Part shown: positions 60,928 through 64,000 of the stretch, one piece after another
Numbering within the stretch: position 1 is the first letter of the stretch
How the letters are laid out: each line of letters starts with the position of its first letter
Assembly (NCBI RefSeq): GCF_006345805.1
Contig: NC_042998.1
Span: forward strand, 115,382,001-115,446,000
DNA length: 64,000 bases
From: Octopus sinensis
Taxonomy: Eukaryota
Direction: 5' to 3'
Position numbers and translations under genes: made by a program
The notes under the pieces: model-generated
Seen by the model: the letters and a program-made list of their open reading frames with translations, nothing else
Told to the model about the DNA's origin: nothing
The model's database searches: none

Positions 60928-62636
60928 TGTATGTATATATGTATGGTTGTAGCTTGATGGACGGTCCAATGCCTCATGTTTTATCGAGGTGTGACTCATT
61001 GGAGGGAGGATTCCGAACCGATATGAAACCAGTGATTATTGTGAAACAGAACAATCCAATTCCCTCACTAAAAATATTCGTTACTCCTATATGTAATACT
61101 CCTATATGCAATATAACATCTCTATATGTCACTCCTATAACATCTCTAAGACATGTTATATTAATCGTGTCATGTGTGTGACTGTGTATGTGCATGTGTT
61201 TGAGTATGTTTGAATGCATGTGAGTGTGTGTGTGCATGTGCGTGTGTGTGTGTGTGTAGGTAATATAAGGCGTTACTACATTCTGATGCGTATCTAAAAC
61301 ATTCTTCTTACGTATAAAGTCTTACTGTATTATATGTCTTATTATTGCATTATAAACATGTCTAGAAGTGACACACACAGATGACATTGATTGTTTGAAT
61401 CATCGTATTGATCTAGTATATATGGATACTAGATGAATGCTTATTCTTTCTAATAGGTCTTACATCGGCATCCTTAAATATTATACTTTATAGTGTATCT
61501 AGTAGGGAACGAATATATATGTTGTAAGTATCTGTCTTTGAACGTTTCGTGGGTCTTAAATGTCCTTGTGTTTCTCAAATATAGTTCTCAACGGTTTATC
61601 CTTTCTGCACTACTGTTGACTTTTAGATTTCTTTAAAATACAGAAATTTTCATTTCATCTATGCAACTTTGATTTTTACAGCTGTATAAATGTGCTCAAA
61701 TTTTGTGTTGCTCCTGTTCGATATTATATTTTATGTAAGCTTGATTATGAAATGTTAGTTGTTTAGTGTAATACCTCCTCATAATAAGAATTTACTACAT
61801 CGAAGACTTACACTGATACAGCAAGACTACGACATCACCTTCAAGACACCGACAAGACTTCAAATGAAAGTGTATTCATGCAGGTGACGGCGGGCACACT
61901 TGCATACAATCATACATACCCAATCTTCCATCTTACCTCGGTGCCACCCCACTCTTACTCCCTCTCTGAAAGTATTCATAAAAAAGGGATTCCACCACAT
62001 ACTGATATCAACATAATCCAAGTCTCTTTCTCTTTTTCTTTCTTTCTTTTGTTCTTTCTTTGTTTCTCTCTTCGTCTTTCAAACATATACACAGACACAC
62101 AGACAAACACAGTCACACTCACACACACAAACACACACTAACACACAAACACACGCATCAGAAGTTGTAAGATTATGTACTCGTAAATACATTTGTCAAT
62201 GAACTTCCAACAGTCTGAGTTTCTCAAGGTATCTTTTGTATGTTTTACATTTTTACAATATTACATGTATGATTCTACAAGTAGAAGTGATGTAATACGA
62301 TATTCATATGTGAATGTATAAATGTTAATATCTAATCATCCTTGATCTCTCTCTCTCTCTCTCTCTCCACACACACATATATATATGTATATATGTGTGT
62401 ATATATGTATATATATATATTTAATTAATCAATATAGGGTGGCAAAAAAATTTCGCAGAATTTTTTTGCCACCAGCGGCCTAGTGGGGAAAAAAGTAAAT
62501 AGTCATAGACCATTTATAAATTCAACAGCAAAATTTAGGAACGGCCATAATAGGCCATTCAACCCACTAGAAATAACAGCCAAAGCTTCAACCGCAAAAC
62601 AATATTAATTCCGTAAACCAGGAGAAAATTTAAAAA

Positions 62637-62689
<53 letters not shown>

Positions 62690-62995
62690 GGAAGGCACGT
62701 GGCTTAGAGGTTAGGGCAATCCGCTCACGATCGTATATTTATGAGTTCAATTCCCGGCGACGTGTTGTGTCCTTTATTTCACGTTGCTCCAGTCCACTCC
62801 ACTGGCAAAAATGAGTAGTACCTGTATTTCACAGGGTCAGCCTTGTCACACTCTGTGTCACGCTGAATCCCCCTGAGAACTACGCTAAGGGTACAGGTGT
62901 CTGTAGCGTGGTCAGCCACTTGCACGTTATTTTCCTGAGCAAGCTGTTCCGTTGATCGTATTAGCTGGGACCTTCGTCGCCATAACAGACGGATT
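62690..62995 (+). mobile_element. tRNA-head SINE, family C
   Basis: GGCACGTGGCTTAGAGGTTAGGG (A-box-like)...GAGTTCAATTCCC (B-box-like)...GTGTTGTGTCCTTTATTTCACGTTGCTCCAGTCCAC. Confidence 0.8.
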
Positions 62996-63059
62996 GTTCA
63001 TATATATAAATCAAAAGGGAATCTGTGTGGAAAGAAGAGATGAATTTGTGTGTGTTTGA

Positions 63060-63102
63060 GAGAGTGAGAAAGAAAGAAAGAAAGAAAAAAAGACAGAAAG
63101 AC

Positions 63103-63164
<62 letters not shown>

Positions 63165-63165
63165 C
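63060..63165. repeat. (GAAA)n microsatellite
   Basis: Direct reading. Confidence 0.95.
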
Positions 63166-63344
63166 GATCTGCAGTGTCTTGGTATCAATATGTGGTGAAA
63201 TTCCTTTTGTATGGAAAGTGCTGTGGAAGTCTCTGATTTTCTGGAAGCCTGTTAAATGAATAAAGACAAGTCTCATTCTAATTTCATGAAATATTGATAT
63301 GATCTGTAAAGAAAGTGTCAAGCCATAGAATCTTGTCATACCTT

Positions 63345-63850
63345 ATTTCCAAGAGAAGTTCAGGAGACAGCAATTGACACAGAAATTACAGGTGACTGTT
63401 CTTCATGATGACGAGGACATCATTTACCTTGATTTTCTGGAATCTGATTGTACAATGAAGTGCGATCGGATGTATTGAAACATTCTGAGCCCTTAAATAA
63501 TCCATTAGGACAAAGGAAACGAACAAATATCTGAAAACGATCTATATTCCCCATGATGATGCGTGACTACACATATCTTTGGCAAAAAAAATCAATCAGA
63601 AAATCCGGTATATCAGTGGTTCCCTAGAGACTGTACAGCCTGGATCTCGCACTCTGCGCATGCTATCTGTTCAGTCCAGTGAAAAGTAGTTTCGGGGACA
63701 AAAGTTTAGTGACATAAACAAGGCGAAAGCGTCTACAGATCAGTTTAACGACGGTGCAAATGCTTGCGATAGAGACTAACATAATCTTTTATTTAGAAGA
63801 ATCGATACCCTAACGACATGAGCAATTTGAACGGCGTATGTCAGTTAAAA
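63345..63850 (+). pseudogene. Degraded mariner transposase, catalytic domain
   Basis: PHDDA*LH (HDNARPH-like), LYSLDLA (YSPDLAP-like), YLFSPVKS..GQKFSD; many stops and frameshifts. Confidence 0.75.
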
Positions 63851-64000
63851 AAATGTTGACATTACGTCATGTATTCAGCAGAGCATAATTCACATAGTTT
63901 TATAGTTCCTTTACATGCATTTGCTTTGGGGATTACGTTCCATTTTATATTGTACTGTTAGTGTTTGTTGTCAGGTTACAAATGCATGAGGAGGATCAGA

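Noticed and set aside
26-63339. Most ORFs in the track (poly-YI, HT, CV, poly-I/N/Y/T, SIYL, SFFL)
   Set aside because: Translations of stop-free microsatellite frames; no domain motifs.

Overview
AT-rich, microsatellite-saturated eukaryotic (metazoan) DNA with no supportable host protein-coding gene; nearly every ORF in the track is a translated (TA)n/(CA)n/(TAA)n/(TACA)n/(GATA)n array. The SINE families and repeat density look like a coleoid cephalopod, probably Octopus (inference from recall, not searched). Recognisable content: three Penelope-like retroelements (PLEs, RT + GIY-YIG) at 19050-22300, 36762-39188 and 39600-41510; an uninterrupted L1/Tx1-type ORF2 (31887-34973, minus); degraded R4/Dong-type, CR1-type and mariner fragments; three tRNA-head SINE families; Helitron-like and MITE-like non-autonomous elements; a 1.19-kb tandem duplication. 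The strongest signal outside the ORF track is a set of about 16 minimal type I hammerhead-ribozyme-like motifs, folded by eye, in many distinct sequence contexts (some recurring as families). About half have complete folds with palindromic stem III. Two carry a compensatory U3-A8 core (UUGACAA). Several lie in head-to-head inverted repeats (904 bp, 193 bp, ~140 bp). PLE-associated hammerheads are a known class; the density, core variants and inverted architecture here merit follow-up. All folds are manual and untested.
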